From the NCBI RefSeq assembly GCF_009914755.1, contig NC_060926.1: a DNA stretch of 64,000 nucleotides. One strand, given 5' to 3'. Shown one piece after another: positions 13,239 to 25,937 of this stretch. The DNA comes from the human T2T-CHM13v2.0 reference genome, Homo sapiens. Under the pieces are notes generated by a model that saw nothing but the letters and a program-made list of their open reading frames with translations, had not been told where the DNA came from and did no database searches. The translations under genes were made by a program, and so were the position numbers. Within the stretch, counting starts at the first letter, position 1, and the number at the start of each line of letters is the position of its first letter.

Positions 13239-13419
13239 ATGAGTCGTTCATTGAGTTTCACCATGGGGAGATGGCCATTGTGAATCAGCCATAGTCAACA
13301 CTCTTTGAGGTAGAACTGATGAGCTTTGCAGATGCCTCAGCAGAATTACTCCTGGACAAGTGTTGGGTGTCAGAGTCACCAGAATTTGATGGCAGCCCCC
13401 AGTGGAACATAATAAATAG
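13239..13419 (+). pseudogene. ZP-C exon [52 protein letters not shown]
   Basis: ctcttaag|..|gtacat; hallmark ZP-C 'FEVEL..L.L..CW....P.W.II..C'; TAG at 13292-13294. Confidence 0.9.
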
Positions 13420-13538
13420 GTACATATCCTCAGCTAGCAGCTGAGAGGGCAGAACCAGAACCCCAGTCCTACCAGATATAGCCCAAGATTCTGTAAGAAT
13501 ATCTTACATGCTAAAGCAAGATCCCCAAAGTGAGGACC

Positions 13539-13901
13539 TGATATGGTTAGGCTGTGTCCCCACCCAAAATCTCATCTTGAATTATCCCCACAATCCCCAC
13601 TTGTCAAGGGCAGGACCAAGGGTGGAGGTATGGGGGCAGTTTCCCCGGAGCTGTTCTCATGATAGTGACTCTCACGAGATCTGATGGTTTTATAAGTGTC
13701 TGACATGTCCCCTGCTTGCACTCACTCCATCCTGCCACCCTGTGAAGGAGGTGCCTGCTTCTCCTTTGCCTTCTGCCATGATTGTAAGTTCCCTGAGGCC
13801 TCCACAGCCATGCAGAACTGTGAGTCCATTAAACTTCTTTCCTTTATAAATTACCCAGTCTCGGGTATTTCTTTATAGCAGTGTGAGAAGGGACTAATAC
13901 A
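13539..13901 (+). mobile_element. THE1-type MaLR solo LTR
   Basis: tgatatggtt..ggactaataca with 5-bp TSD GGACC. Confidence 0.92.
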
Positions 13902-14147
13902 GGACCAAATCTCCCAATAGATCTGAGTCTACCAAATGAGACTTCCATCACTTCTGTGCAGCTTCTCAGTTAGGAACTTCCCCTGACTTCTAACAGCCTC
14001 AAGCCCCCGCCCCAGTCCTACTCATACTTCCTCATGTATAAGAAAGGGTCAGCCAGTCCTCACCAGTCCTCAGATAACTACTGGAATGGACACAAGGTTT
14101 CTCCAGAGTGCCTCACTCCTTGTTTGTCTCCAAATTCTTCCTGACAG

Positions 14148-14268
14148 CTGCAAAAAAGAGAATAACCTGCTAGAGGTAGACTTTTACCCTGTCTCCCAGG
14201 GTGAGAAGGTCCAATACCCCTCATTGGTCAAGAAGCTGGTGAAGTTTGTGGCACCCAGATTCAAAGAG
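14148..14268 (+). pseudogene. ZP-C exon CKKENNLLEVDFYPVSQGEKVQYPSLVKKLVKFVAPRFKE
   Basis: cctgacag|..|gtgaga; ZP 'GC..D...F.PV......PS..KRF' pattern. Confidence 0.85.
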
Positions 14269-15090
14269 GTGAGATCTCAGAGAACCAGAAAGGGCTAAAT
14301 AGGAACCTAGATTCCTGTTTATATGGCCAGTATGGGGACACTGAGCAAAGTCCCTGGGAGCCCCAGGTCCCAAGTACTTCCTAGGCTTTTATAAAGAGAT
14401 CTGGATGACATGTCCTGCTTGGTGACTTGGCATCAACGTTTAGAAGTCAAGTCTGACAGATGGCAACTGGTAACCAGATTAAGCATGGAGGGTGGGGACA
14501 GGGCAGCCTAGCATGAGTGGGACCCTAGCTGATCCTCTGCTTAGACAGTTGTTGACTCTGTGACCTAAACAGGTCATGTCTCCTTTTTGAACCTTACCAC
14601 CTTCTGCAAAATGGAGCATTAACGTTAAAGTCACTGAAGACTTTAGAAGTATTGATAAAGCATTCAATAAGTAGACTTCCTAAGAGGAAACGAAACTGAC
14701 TCATTCCTGATCAACACCCTCAGAATAATCCCATTTCATGCCTAGATGCAGGAGGAAGCTCATTATCTTCCCCATCCCATTCTCACACTTTAACTCCTCC
14801 TCTCCTCCTCTTGTCTCCTTGAAGAAAGCCTGCCCTCTTACTAAAGCCAGTTGGGAAGAGGTCCCATAAGGCTTTTGTCTTAGGAAAAAGTGTGGGTGGG
14901 AAGGAATTGTTGTTGGGTCACTCTTGGTTTCCCAAGGCCCTGAGACAGGAACTTCTGTTCCTGCTAGAACAGAATGGCCTCTGCCCACACCGAGCTCGAG
15001 ATGCTGTGGAAGCTTCCAGATCCTTGGCTCCTTAAGGTTTGTCCTGCTGTAATGCTCAGTCTTCTGCTATTCACCCACTTCCATTCTCAG

Positions 15091-15181
15091 GTGTATCTGT
15101 ACCACCTGACCCAATCCTGCCTACACTTGGACCCTGACGGGCATTGTGGTGGCCAGTACTATCCAGAGGAGAGAGAAGGAG
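15091..15181 (+). pseudogene. ZP-C end exon VYLYHLTQSCLHLDPDGHCGGQYYPEEREG
   Basis: attctcag|..|gtaaga; degenerate ZP 'VY.HC...C......C...C'. Confidence 0.75.
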
Positions 15182-15643
15182 GTAAGAGCAGGCCCCTAGC
15201 CACGTGTCCAGTAGCAACACTGAGAAGTTCTGCCCCAAAGGTCCTGCCCATAAAGTTCTCTGCACTTTCCCCCTCCATCCCTCCAAACAAACTCACCCTT
15301 CTGAAAGCTGCCTCAAGTCCTGACCAGATGGCACCCTCCTGCAGAAGTCCCTGAACAGCAAGCACTCTGCATGTCATGCCTACATCTCAGCCTGAGGAAC
15401 TCTTGAAGAGGCCTTTCCTCCAGAGCTGAGTGAGCTCTAAGAGCTCTTTGGCCAAAAACCCCTGGCTCTTGCCCATCACACTTGCCTAGTGTCTGGCTAC
15501 GATAATTTTCAGGCATTTTATGAAACATTTAACAAGTCTGATTACCCTTCTAGGAGACAGTCCTAGAATAGAGGTCATATGAACATAGATCTTAGTCCTC
15601 CTGCCTCAGTGAGTCCCTCACCCCATACACACCTTGAACTCAG

Positions 15644-15917
15644 GCCAGAAGAGAGCACTTGACCATCTGGCTCTGGTTCCAGTGACTCCAGGACTTATAT
15701 GCCCACAAGCCAAAAGAAGATCAAGATCTGAGTGGGAACTGTGGAAAGCATGTCATGCGAGCCCCTGCCGCCCTTGAAACTCTGCGTTCCTCCTCCTCAA
15801 AGAACAGTGCCTGAAGGTCCTGGCTGTGGCCCTGGCTGGCCATCTTGCTTCCTGGTCACGGTGGTGGCCACTGTGCTGGTCCTGTCCAAGATGACCTGTA
15901 CATCATTCCATGAATGA
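15644..15917 (+). pseudogene. ZP C-terminal propeptide exons: (G)QKRALDHLALVPVTPGLI (from 15644) and frameshifted TM LKVLAVALAG / CFLVTVVATVLVLSK..* (15803-15917)
   Basis: Acceptors at 15642-3 and 15801-2; dibasic site, hydrophobic patch and TM-like run appear in the expected order. Confidence 0.55.
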
Positions 15918-18900
15918 CACGTGACAACAGCTTCCCAGTGTAATAAGCACATTTAACCCAGCACTTGTCAGCCCCACTGTTCTGTTGGAAGTGTTCTATC
16001 TCACTGATCTTGCCTCTCCTAAAGCAAGGGACAACTCCTGGCACTCCGCTGCAGAGGCCCTTGAAGCCTGTTGGAATTTTAGTGAAATGAGATGCCTGGC
16101 TTAAGCCATGTTGCCTGGCTTCTCAAGTACCAGCGGACATATTACTAGCAAGGAAGAAGGCTAGCAGCAAGAATGGTTATTGCATCCTAGAGGCATTTAG
16201 TGGAGGAGAAAACTGCCCTGGTACCGCCATAGCCCTAAGTGCTGCCCAGAGTTCTGAGCTCTCGATGAGCACTTGGAACACGTCTGCCTGCAGCCTCCCT
16301 ACACTTTTTTATGACTTGTCCTACTTGTCAAGCCCAGCTTGTCCCACTTCTCCACATGAGTCTTCCAGTGACATCTTTGTGACCATCTCCACCCCCTGGG
16401 TAAATGCTCCACGCTGGGAGTCCACAAAACACAGTCTGACTTAGAGATTCTCTGGCATGACTCTCTTCCCCACTGTGTACACTGACTGCCTTAGATGTAG
16501 GCCTCTTGTTTGGGGCCCTTCCTGGCCAGACCCTGAAGCAGCCTCTGAGGAGGGTGGTAAGAATGGTTCCCTAGAGCCCAGTTACAGAGTCTGCCTCCTT
16601 TCCAGATCATGCTGTAATGGACTGAGATCTCAACTCAGCCCACACTCTTTCCTGGCCTACATAGCCGTCTCAGAAGGGCAATGTTTCTCGCTGTTAAAGC
16701 GGGTGGTCCCTCTTGCTAACCTAGCTGAGCATCAGGTACTGGTTAGCTGTAAGGGCTGGGAAGTGGGGGGTGTACCCATTGGCCTTGGTGATGAAGACAG
16801 CCAGGTATCCAAGTCCCAGCCGGGACTCCTGCTGGGCCATAAAGGCTTCAATATGCTGGCTTCTCCCCATTGAGGACCTCAGGCCCCAGTTCATTATCAG
16901 GATTTTAGAAATACCAAGAACATCAAAAGAACAGAAAAGAGGCCCTTAAGGGACTCCTAATAAGATAGAATTTGCATGTCCTCATTGGACTAGAACCTGA
17001 ACTGCTTTAAAAAGCAAAAGGCCCTTGGTACAATCTGATGGATGTGACTGTACAGAGAAGAGGAAACACCTCTGAGGGGAGTGAGAGGCCTTGGTAAGGA
17101 AGTTGCAATCTGGAGCCACCTGGGCAGGTCAGAGCTCTATAAGCAGGAGAAGCCAAAGGCATAACACACAGTAGTGCAGGTGTCAGCCAGGAATCAAGGC
17201 TATGACAGCTGGAGTCCCGGGCCAAGAACTACAGGGGGAAGGAGGAGAAATGCTTGTTCCCCCAACTCCTATCTCCTGCCATGGGGGTGGACTTCTACTA
17301 GCTATGACATTCCTACCATCTCTCTGCCTCTTCCCTCTCTCTTTTCTCTCTGCCCCACCCTGGGACACGGTGACTTCCCTGATGCTAGGGGGAGGGGATG
17401 GTGTGGGTTAAAAAAAAAAAAACAAGCTGCATAGCTCAGCCCCTTCCTCTCTCCCCTCACTCTCCTGGGGGTGCCTGCTTTCAGAGTCTGTGCAGCTCTT
17501 GTCTCCTTCTTACCATAACCCTACCTGGGCGGCAGCAGCCGCCGCCCACACCCTCCCCTACCCCCATGGCACTGCCTGCCACATCCAGGACCATTTCCGA
17601 ATTCTGAGGCTCTGTTGTCGGAGTGTCCCCTCTAAGCTGCATCCTGCAACCCAGTCCTATTCCCAGAGAAGCCCAACATCCCCTCTGGATCTGCCTGTCT
17701 GCATTACCGTTTGGTTCAAAACCCAGTGCTGGTTACTGGGCCTCTCAGGACACCAGGGAGGCTGGGCTGGGGAGGACTGGTGGGCGAGCTGTCCCCTCCA
17801 CATTCTGCCAATGCCTGGGACGTGAAACTCATTCCTGTTTCCATGAGACTCGTATCCTTAATGTCCCTTTTGACTTCAGCTAATTCTGAGTAAGTTTTTG
17901 ACCCTCGCACCTAAATTTGGCCCAAGGCAGAAACAGCGGGGATTGGCTTCTCTGACGGCTGAGTCACTTGTCTTCCTGTCTTCTCCCTCATATTCCACTT
18001 CTTGTGGGCGTGAATTAAAGTAGAACCAGGCAGGCGACACTCTCCTGTTGGTGACCAGCGTTCCACAGTAAAATGGGGTGTGACAGCAGCTGGCAGAGCA
18101 GCAGCCTGCCCGGGGCTGTGGGCCACATCCCCCCTCCACCCCAACCAAGCAGCCTGCCCTGCCCTGGTGCCAGGCGCCAATCGGCTGAGCAAAATAGGCT
18201 GAACTCAGGCCCTGCGAGGCCAGGACGGCGCCTATCAAGAACTCCTGTTCCCTCCAGGGCAAGAAGAGGGAGGAGCGAGGCTTGCCCTGAGCGGAGGGGC
18301 TTCAAAACTGAGCCCTGGGCAAAATGGGGCAAGTTGGTCACCCTAGAGGGAGCTTAGGTTTAAGGAAAAGAATCTGGGACCTTCTAGCTTTGACTCCAGT
18401 CTAACATAACTCTCTGATTGTCCCTTTAGTAAAATAGAAATAATGTCAGTCTTGAAAGAATGTCATGAGGCTTTCATGAGGACACATGGAAATGGCAGAC
18501 ATTTGTCTTGCTGGAAGGTTCTCCCGTTTCCCCGCCCCTATTCCAGGTAGGTTGCTGTCCTCAGTACCTGAGGTTTTATGTGGAATCACCATTCTCCTTC
18601 CCATGATTGTAAGTCAGATTATAAGCAGCATTTGAGTAGATGGAAATGTGATTAGGTCTATGTCCCTCATCCCAACATTCTTTATGCCAGCTTTCATTCC
18701 CACAGCTCCAGCTGGAGACATGCACCCACAACTTAGCAGTGCCTTGGGGTGTCCTGTCTACTGCAGGACGTCTTCAGTGCCCATAACGTTCTTCTCCAAA
18801 TTAGGTTTCTGAGCCTTTGCATATTACATCACAGGGCTGGGCCCATGGGACTGCAATCCGGGAGGATGGTCCTAGGCACAAAATTGAATCTTGAGATAGG

Positions 18901-19879
18901 TCTAAGGTTTGCCATCAGGATTAATGAAAATAAGTGTACACCGGGGCATGCTTCACTAACTGGAAGTCACTATTATTAAACTGAGAACCGGAAGGGCTAG
19001 ATCTGGTCATAATTCTGTTAACCAACTGCATAACCTTTAAGCCGGAACCTTTACCTGTAAAATAAAGGAGTAGATGATTTCTCCAGTTCCTTCCCGCTCA
19101 AGTGTCCTATGACTGATTAAAATTATGTGTCCATTAAGCAGCTCAAAAGGAATTATGTCTGGCTATCTGAAAGCTCACAGCCAGCCAAGGAGGAAGTGCA
19201 CTAAAGGCGAGGCCCGGCTGCTCCCCAGCCCAGCACTGCTCGCTGCTGTGTTAATTGACAATGATGGAACAAAGCACATTTTATGAGAGTTCATGAGTAG
19301 GAAGTCCAAGGAGCCTATACATTAGTCACGTCTGAAAATCTTCCTTGCTGGTCCTGCAAGCCAGAGGAGCTGGCCACTGCCACTTACCCAGATGAAGGAC
19401 ATGTCGATCCAGAAAAGGGAACAGTTAGCCAACATTGCTTTATTTGCTCAATCGTAATAACTTTTTCCAGGGAGAAAACCCACGTAAAACTATTGGAGAC
19501 AGAATTCTGGATCAAGTCAGGCCACAACATAAAATTACATGGTAACAATGGTCTCCAATTTGAGAGAAGCAGCATAATGCACCCCAACCTCCCACAAAAA
19601 CCTCAAACCCTTGACTCGGGAAAACAAGAAGGTCATCTTCCATCGGCCCTTTCCTCCACTGTCCTTCTCCCCAGACTCCCTTGTGCTTGTATAGGGCAGG
19701 GAGGGGTAAGGAAAACAGATCAGTTGCCCTGGGACGTCAATCACCCTGTTGAAACTGGTCTGAGTGCCAGACAGACAACCAACATGGCTCCTGCCTTCAG
19801 GGTCCACATCTTGAAGAGGGAGAGGAACACAGGAAATGGAAAAGCACCCTGGAATTAGATGCTGGGCCAGATGAACTGG

Positions 19880-20226
19880 AAGTAGTTCTTAAACTTGAGT
19901 GTGCCTCAGACTCCCCAGGGGCCTTGTTAAAACACAGATGGCTAGACCCTACCCCCAGGGAGCTAGATTCACTTGGCTTGGGGTAGGGCTGATATTTTGC
20001 ATTTCTAACATGGTCCTAGGTGCTGCTGGTCCATAGACCATGTGCTGAGAACCAGTACTACAGACAGTGCTCCCCATACTTTAGTGTGCGTATGAACCGC
20101 CTGGGGGCCTGGGTAAAGTGTGAGCTCTGATTCAGCAGGTCTGGTACAGGGCTAGGGATCTGCATTTCTAACAAGCTCCCAGGTGATGCCAATGCTGCCG
20201 GTCTGTGGTCCCCATTCAGTAGCAAG
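19880..20226. mobile_element. Two adjacent MER5-type hAT elements
   Basis: tctgcatttctaacaagctcccaggtgatgc motif and a diverged second copy. Confidence 0.7.
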
Positions 20227-21057
20227 GGTGCTCCATCTAGACCAGAGTGTGATGGAAGTTAGAGAATGAGATGAGTTTGGGTTGATATTGGCAGGGAAGG
20301 TTTAATGGTAGTTACTGGGACTTGGGCTGGTCCCAGAAGAATGAGCAGGATTTAAATAAATGAAAAGGCTGTATTCTGGGAGAGAAATTTGAACACAGAC
20401 AGGGCGGTGGGATTGAGAATAGCAAGGGTAGAGGAGTGGGCACTGGCCATTGTCACAGATGAGTGACACACCGAGGCTTGGGGCCCTGCATGCAGGCGCC
20501 TTGCTCCATCTGCCTCCACACCACCCTCCCCAAGCAAGAAGCTGGTGCAGTTCCAGTAAGTCTACTGGCAGCCAGTCTTCATAATGGAAATAATTATTGT
20601 TCTGTGAGTCCCAGACTGACAGCTCCCAATCCTGCCTGCTCAGCCAACTGGGTTATTTTTTCACCTGGCTTGTTAGCAATGGTTTGTTGTTTGGCAGCAT
20701 GAAGTGACTCCCACTTTTCCTTTCCAATCTCAAGTCAGAGAAACCTCAGTTCTCCGAGAGTTGAATGTCTCGAAGCCACACGGGGGTGGTTATGGATTTC
20801 TCAGCAGGCAGCCAGGGCAACCAGCATGTTCTATATGGTGCTCAGTCATGGGTTCCTCTCCTGATCCAGTGAGGGTCATGATCAGATAAAGGAGTAATAG
20901 CCCCTTCTTTCCCACACCCACCCCCCAACCTTGGAAGTCTTCCGTTTTCAGGTTTGTTCTAACAAAAGGCTCACCTTTTCTTCAATAGAGCTGCATGTGT
21001 AGGTGCAGAAACATGCGAGCTCATGTGCAAAAGGCCTGTCATTTGAAAATGAAACTA

Positions 21058-21538
21058 CTATTTATTGGGTTTCCCAGCAGTGCTGTAACGAGGCACTACA
21101 AACTGAGTGGCTTATAACAACAGAAATTTATTTTCTCACAGTCCTGGAGACTGGGGAGTCCAAAATCAAGGTGTTGGCAAGGGCATGCTCCCTCTGAAGC
21201 CTCTAGGGCATGGACCTCACCCCTGGGGAGCTGGAAACCCTTCCTTGCTTTTTCCAGTTTCGGGTATCCCTGGGTGTTCCTTGGCTTGTGGCAGAACCAC
21301 TCCAGTCTCCACCTCTGTCTTCACAAGCCGTTCTCCCCAGTGTCTGTGTCCAAATTTCCTTTTCCTTGTAAGGACATCAGTCACACAAGGTATCTGTAAG
21401 GACCCACCCTACTCCACCTGCATCTTCTTAACTAATTAGATCTGTCATAACTTTATTCCCAAATAAGGTCACATTCTGAGGTACTGGTAGTTAAAACTCC
21501 AACATATCTTTTTGGGGGGCCCAATTCAACTCCTAACA
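21058..21538 (-). mobile_element. MLT1-type MaLR LTR
   Basis: aacaacagaaatttattttctcacagt..aataaggtcacattctgaggtact. Confidence 0.8.
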
Positions 21539-21779
21539 GGTAACTTTATAGTTTATAACATTATATTACCTGCTGAATTTGACCTTGTCTTTTAGAGGGG
21601 CTTTTTCCTCTAAACTAGAATAGTGACCTGTTTTAAATAAAATCGATGCTGAACTATAAATCAGGCCCTATTCTCAAGGTCAGCTGAGAAGGGCTCAAAC
21701 ACTTATCCACCCCATACCTATTAGCCAGTGATGAATCTGTAAGCTCTAAATAGCAAGTTACTGAGCAGATTATGATAAT

Positions 21780-22400
21780 GAATTCACTTATCCATTCAAC
21801 ACATGTAAGGCCCTTCTGCATGCCAGGCCGTGGTGCTGAGGACACAACAGTAAACAAAAGAGACAAAAGTCCCTGCCCTCTCAGAGCTTGCCTTCCAGTG
21901 TGGGAAAGACAAAATAAATAAGAACATGGTTTGGGTAAACAGAAAAAAGATGAGTATGATGAGGATTTGCTATTTTAAAGAGAGCGGTCAGAGAAGGGCC
22001 AGGATAAGGCCATGGGGTAAGGCAGGGAGAAAACAGCACATGTAAGTTCCTCAACGTGAGTCTTTGTGAAGACTCTGCTTCTCACTGAGAGAAGCCATGG
22101 CACACTCCCAAACCTTCACTCTGGTGGCTGTGTTGAAACTGACTTTGGAGGTAAAACTGACAAAGCAGGATACTTGCAATACAGAGGGGCTGATGTCTTG
22201 GCTTTGGGTGGTAGCGGATGAGATGAAAATTGCTGGAATCGGGATCTGTTTCAAGGTAGGAACCCACAGTGTTTGCCGCTGGGGAGCACTGGGACCAAGT
22301 CTGGCATGAGAGGCGGGACAGTACAGCTGCCATTAGCTGTGCTGGGGGAGGACCAGGAACTCCGTTTGGGATGCTTTAAGTTTGCACAACATCAACTCTG
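21780..22400. mobile_element. L2 fragments
   Basis: cattcaacacatg..gacaaaagtccctgccctc..gagctt. Confidence 0.6.
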
Positions 22401-23104
22401 TGATCTTAAAAAGAGCTTTCCAATAAAGTGGAAATAGGTTCAAATAACGTGGTGCCAAAAGAATACATTCAAAGGTATTCTTGGTACACAGGAGTCAAAA
22501 TTGCCTAGAGGGAAAAGAGGCACTCAGGTGGTGAACACAACTAATAGTAATTTTTTCAAGAGGTGACTAGCAGCCATAGGAAAGGGAGCCTTTTAACCCT
22601 TTGTTTCTAGTTATTCTGGCTAAAAATGGTTAGCTGTAGAGAAAAATATGAAAGGCGGGGGGTCTTTTTATTTATACCTCCTGTACTGTTTTAATTTTTA
22701 TTACCATAGCCATGTATTAATTGTATATCAAGAAATTGGCAAGCACTTTTCATGCGGCTTTAAAAATTATGTGTCAAAGCAGAATAAGGTAGACTTCTAA
22801 GTTCTTACACAAAAGAATGTTCAAAATAATAAGTGATTTAAGTTACCAAATAATATGTATACCATAATTCTGCGCATGTATCTGCATACCTGTGCCCATG
22901 TATTTGTACAAAGAAAAAGGCCTAGAAGGATAGACAGGAACTGCTTTTTACCTTATATTCTGCAGGTTTGCCACTTTTAAAAGGAGTACTTTTTGCATGT
23001 GTTTAAATTGAATGTGATGGCCTTCCCTCTACTTCGCTTCAGCCAGAGCTCAAGCCTCCACACACTCCAAACAAGAATTGTTGAATAGTTTAAAGAAATA
23101 GGCG

Positions 23105-23400
23105 GGCTGGGCACGGTAGCTCACGCCTGTAATCCCAGCACTTTGGAAGGACGAGGCAGGCAGATCATGAGGTCAGGAGTTTGAGACCAGCCTGACCAAC
23201 GTGGTGAAACCCGGTATCTACTAAAAATACAAAAATGAGTTGGGCTTGGTGGCACATGCCTGTAATCCCAGCTACTCAGGAGGCTGAGGCAGGAGAATCC
23301 CTTGAAACCCAGGAGGTGGAGGTTGCAGTGAGCTGAGATCACGCCACTGCACTCTAGCCTGGGCAACAGAGCGAGACTCTGTCTCAAAAAAAAAAAATAA
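23105..23400 (+). mobile_element. AluS
   Basis: Full dimer with A-tail. Confidence 0.95.
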
Positions 23401-23500
23401 ATAAGCAACAGAAAAAAAAACTGAAGCTTTTCAGTCCCCCTTGGCTCTTATTCCTGCTAGAAATAATGTGACTATGTAATAATAAATTCTACTTAAGGGT

Positions 23501-23868
23501 TGTATCAGTCTGTTTTCACACTGCTATAAGGAACTGCCCCAGTCTGGGTAATTTATAAAGGAAACAGGTTTAATTGACTCACAGTTCAGCATGGGTGGGA
23601 AGGCCACAGGAAACTTGCAATCACGGCAAAAGGGGAAGCAAGGCACCTTCCTCACAAGGCAGTAGGAAGAATGACAGAAGGAGGAACTTGCCAAACCCTT
23701 AAAAACCATCAGATCTCGTGAGAATTCACTCACTATCACGAGAACAGCATCGGGGAAACAGCTCCATGATTCAATTACCTCCACCTGGTCTCTCCCTTGA
23801 CATGTGGGGATTATGGGGATTACAATTCAAGATGAGATTTTGGGTGGGGACACAGCCAAACCATACCA
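23501..23868 (-). mobile_element. THE1-type MaLR solo LTR
   Basis: tgtatcagtc..cagccaaaccatacca with TSD AGGGT. Confidence 0.9.
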
Positions 23869-25719
23869 AGGGTTTTTTGTTGTTTCTTCAGTAGTAGGGC
23901 CAAAATGTTTTTTGAAGTTAAGCACGATTCTTATAAGAATATAGAATGAAAATGTGAAAAATGTTTAACTCATTAATAGAGAACCGCCAGAGTGGTAAAA
24001 GAGCATTAGAATAACTGAGTACTTATGGTCCATGAAGAAAGAATTTGGGAATAAAGTTGCTAGGTTAAATACAAAACTGGTTAACGTTCTTCAGGGCAAT
24101 ACAGCCAAAACTTTTGGGGTTATCTTTTCTACCAGAGTTCATTTGCATCTCCTCTGGACAAAAATCTGCAAGTTACATGCAACCTCCCAGAGTCTGGGCC
24201 CTAATCAAGAGTAAATAGAAAATCAAAGAAAGGCACACACATGGCTCCCCAAAAGAATTAAACAGTCGTTGAGTGGGTCTGCTGGTATGATATTGAAATG
24301 CCATGCAAATCCTTTTGCCTTATTTCTACGTATTGGATGCTTTTTTTGACATAAGATAAAAATTTACATATTGGCAGCTGTAGCTATCTAGTTTCCAAAT
24401 GGAGTTTGCTCTTAAAATTAATCTGCTTTTCACCATCTTTTGTGTCTGTTTTTAATAAGAAAAATGACCACCAAGCAATGTGGGCATTGCAATAACATTC
24501 CATTATTTAAAAACATACTTTAATATTATTCTGATACTCACTTTGCTGGGTACTAAAACATTTTATGAGCAATTTAAATTTTTTATCAGGACCAAAAAAA
24601 AAAAAAAAAGTCCACATATCTGCTGTGAGTTGATGCCAACAGCAAAAACATTGATACTCATTGCAGTTTCAAATATTTATATGGATTTTGGACACAACCT
24701 TGCACAAGTTACTCAATTTCTTAGCTTCATCCTCTATGCAGAATAAGACCTTCACTAAACTGCTATATTTATGATTTTGTGATGACACATATAAACCTGG
24801 GATTACACTGTTGTGTTCCTATTTTACTTTTATATCCACATTCATAATTTCAGTTTCGGGGCTTCCTTACAGGTTGCTTGTTTTATAATTTGTCTTGCTA
24901 CATGACGTGTTCTTTTACCTTCTTGTGATTTTAAAAAGGATAAACTATGTGTTTTAATTGTATCAATTGCTTTGTTTTTTCAAAAACAGAAATTAGACTA
25001 TACTCATCCTTCTTTCCTTTCTGTAGAGTGAAATGGTGTCATTTGAAGTCCCTTAACATTAGATTTGAAATTTAACAAATCTCACTCTCCCTCTTTTACC
25101 AACTGCCATTTTAAATTATGGGCATTCTGTTCTCACAATTTACTGTCACATTTTTTAGAAACACAGAAAACACCAAAATGTGAATTTATATAGAAATTGT
25201 TAAAATTACACACCTAGCGTAAATAGCAAATATTCAGTCAACTTTTCACTATGCTCTTGAAAAGCTATTACACATTTGTCAACAATTTGTTTAGCGTAGC
25301 AATATGTTAACCTAAACACACTAAATTCAGCATCCATTTCAGGCAGAGATGAGCCGTCTGATTTACTCAACACATTTCTAGTTAGAGAGCATCACATGAG
25401 ACAAAGTGGAATCGTGCCACATATTTGAATGAAGCCAGAAGCAGCACTTTTTAGGACTCTTAGATCTGTTTTGTGCATGAGCTGTTGTTTTTGAAACACT
25501 CTCATGTTTAGTCATTAATTTGCATAAAATTTTTTCTGTGTTGTAACTTTAAGTGCAGTTTGCATGCAAGACCAGTATACCCAAAAACCTTGAAAAAATG
25601 GTGCAGCAACTCTGAATATACCTTCAAACCATTGAACTGTACACTTTAAATGGGTAAACTATATGATATATGAATTATTCTCAATAAAACAAAAAACTAG
25701 CACAGTAAACATTCATGCT

Positions 25720-25937
25720 CAGCCTAGACAATGTGGTGAAACCCTATCTCTACAAAATATACAAAAATTAGCTGGGCATGATGGCGCATGCCTATAGTCC
25801 AAGCTACTTAGGAGGCTGAGGTGGGAGGATCACCTGAGCCCAGGGAGGTCAAGGCTGCAGTGAGCTGTCATCAAGCTACTGCAATCCAGCCTGGGCAACA
25901 GAGTGAGACCCTGTCTCAAAAAAGAAAAAAAAAAAAC
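25720..25937 (+). mobile_element. 5'-truncated AluJ-like element
   Basis: cagcctagacaatgtggtgaaacc..gtctcaaaa. Confidence 0.85.

Noticed and set aside
19384-19858. ORFs near 19.4-19.9 kb as further ZP exons
   Set aside because: No ZP motifs in the frames examined, and they lie beyond the putative stop at 15917
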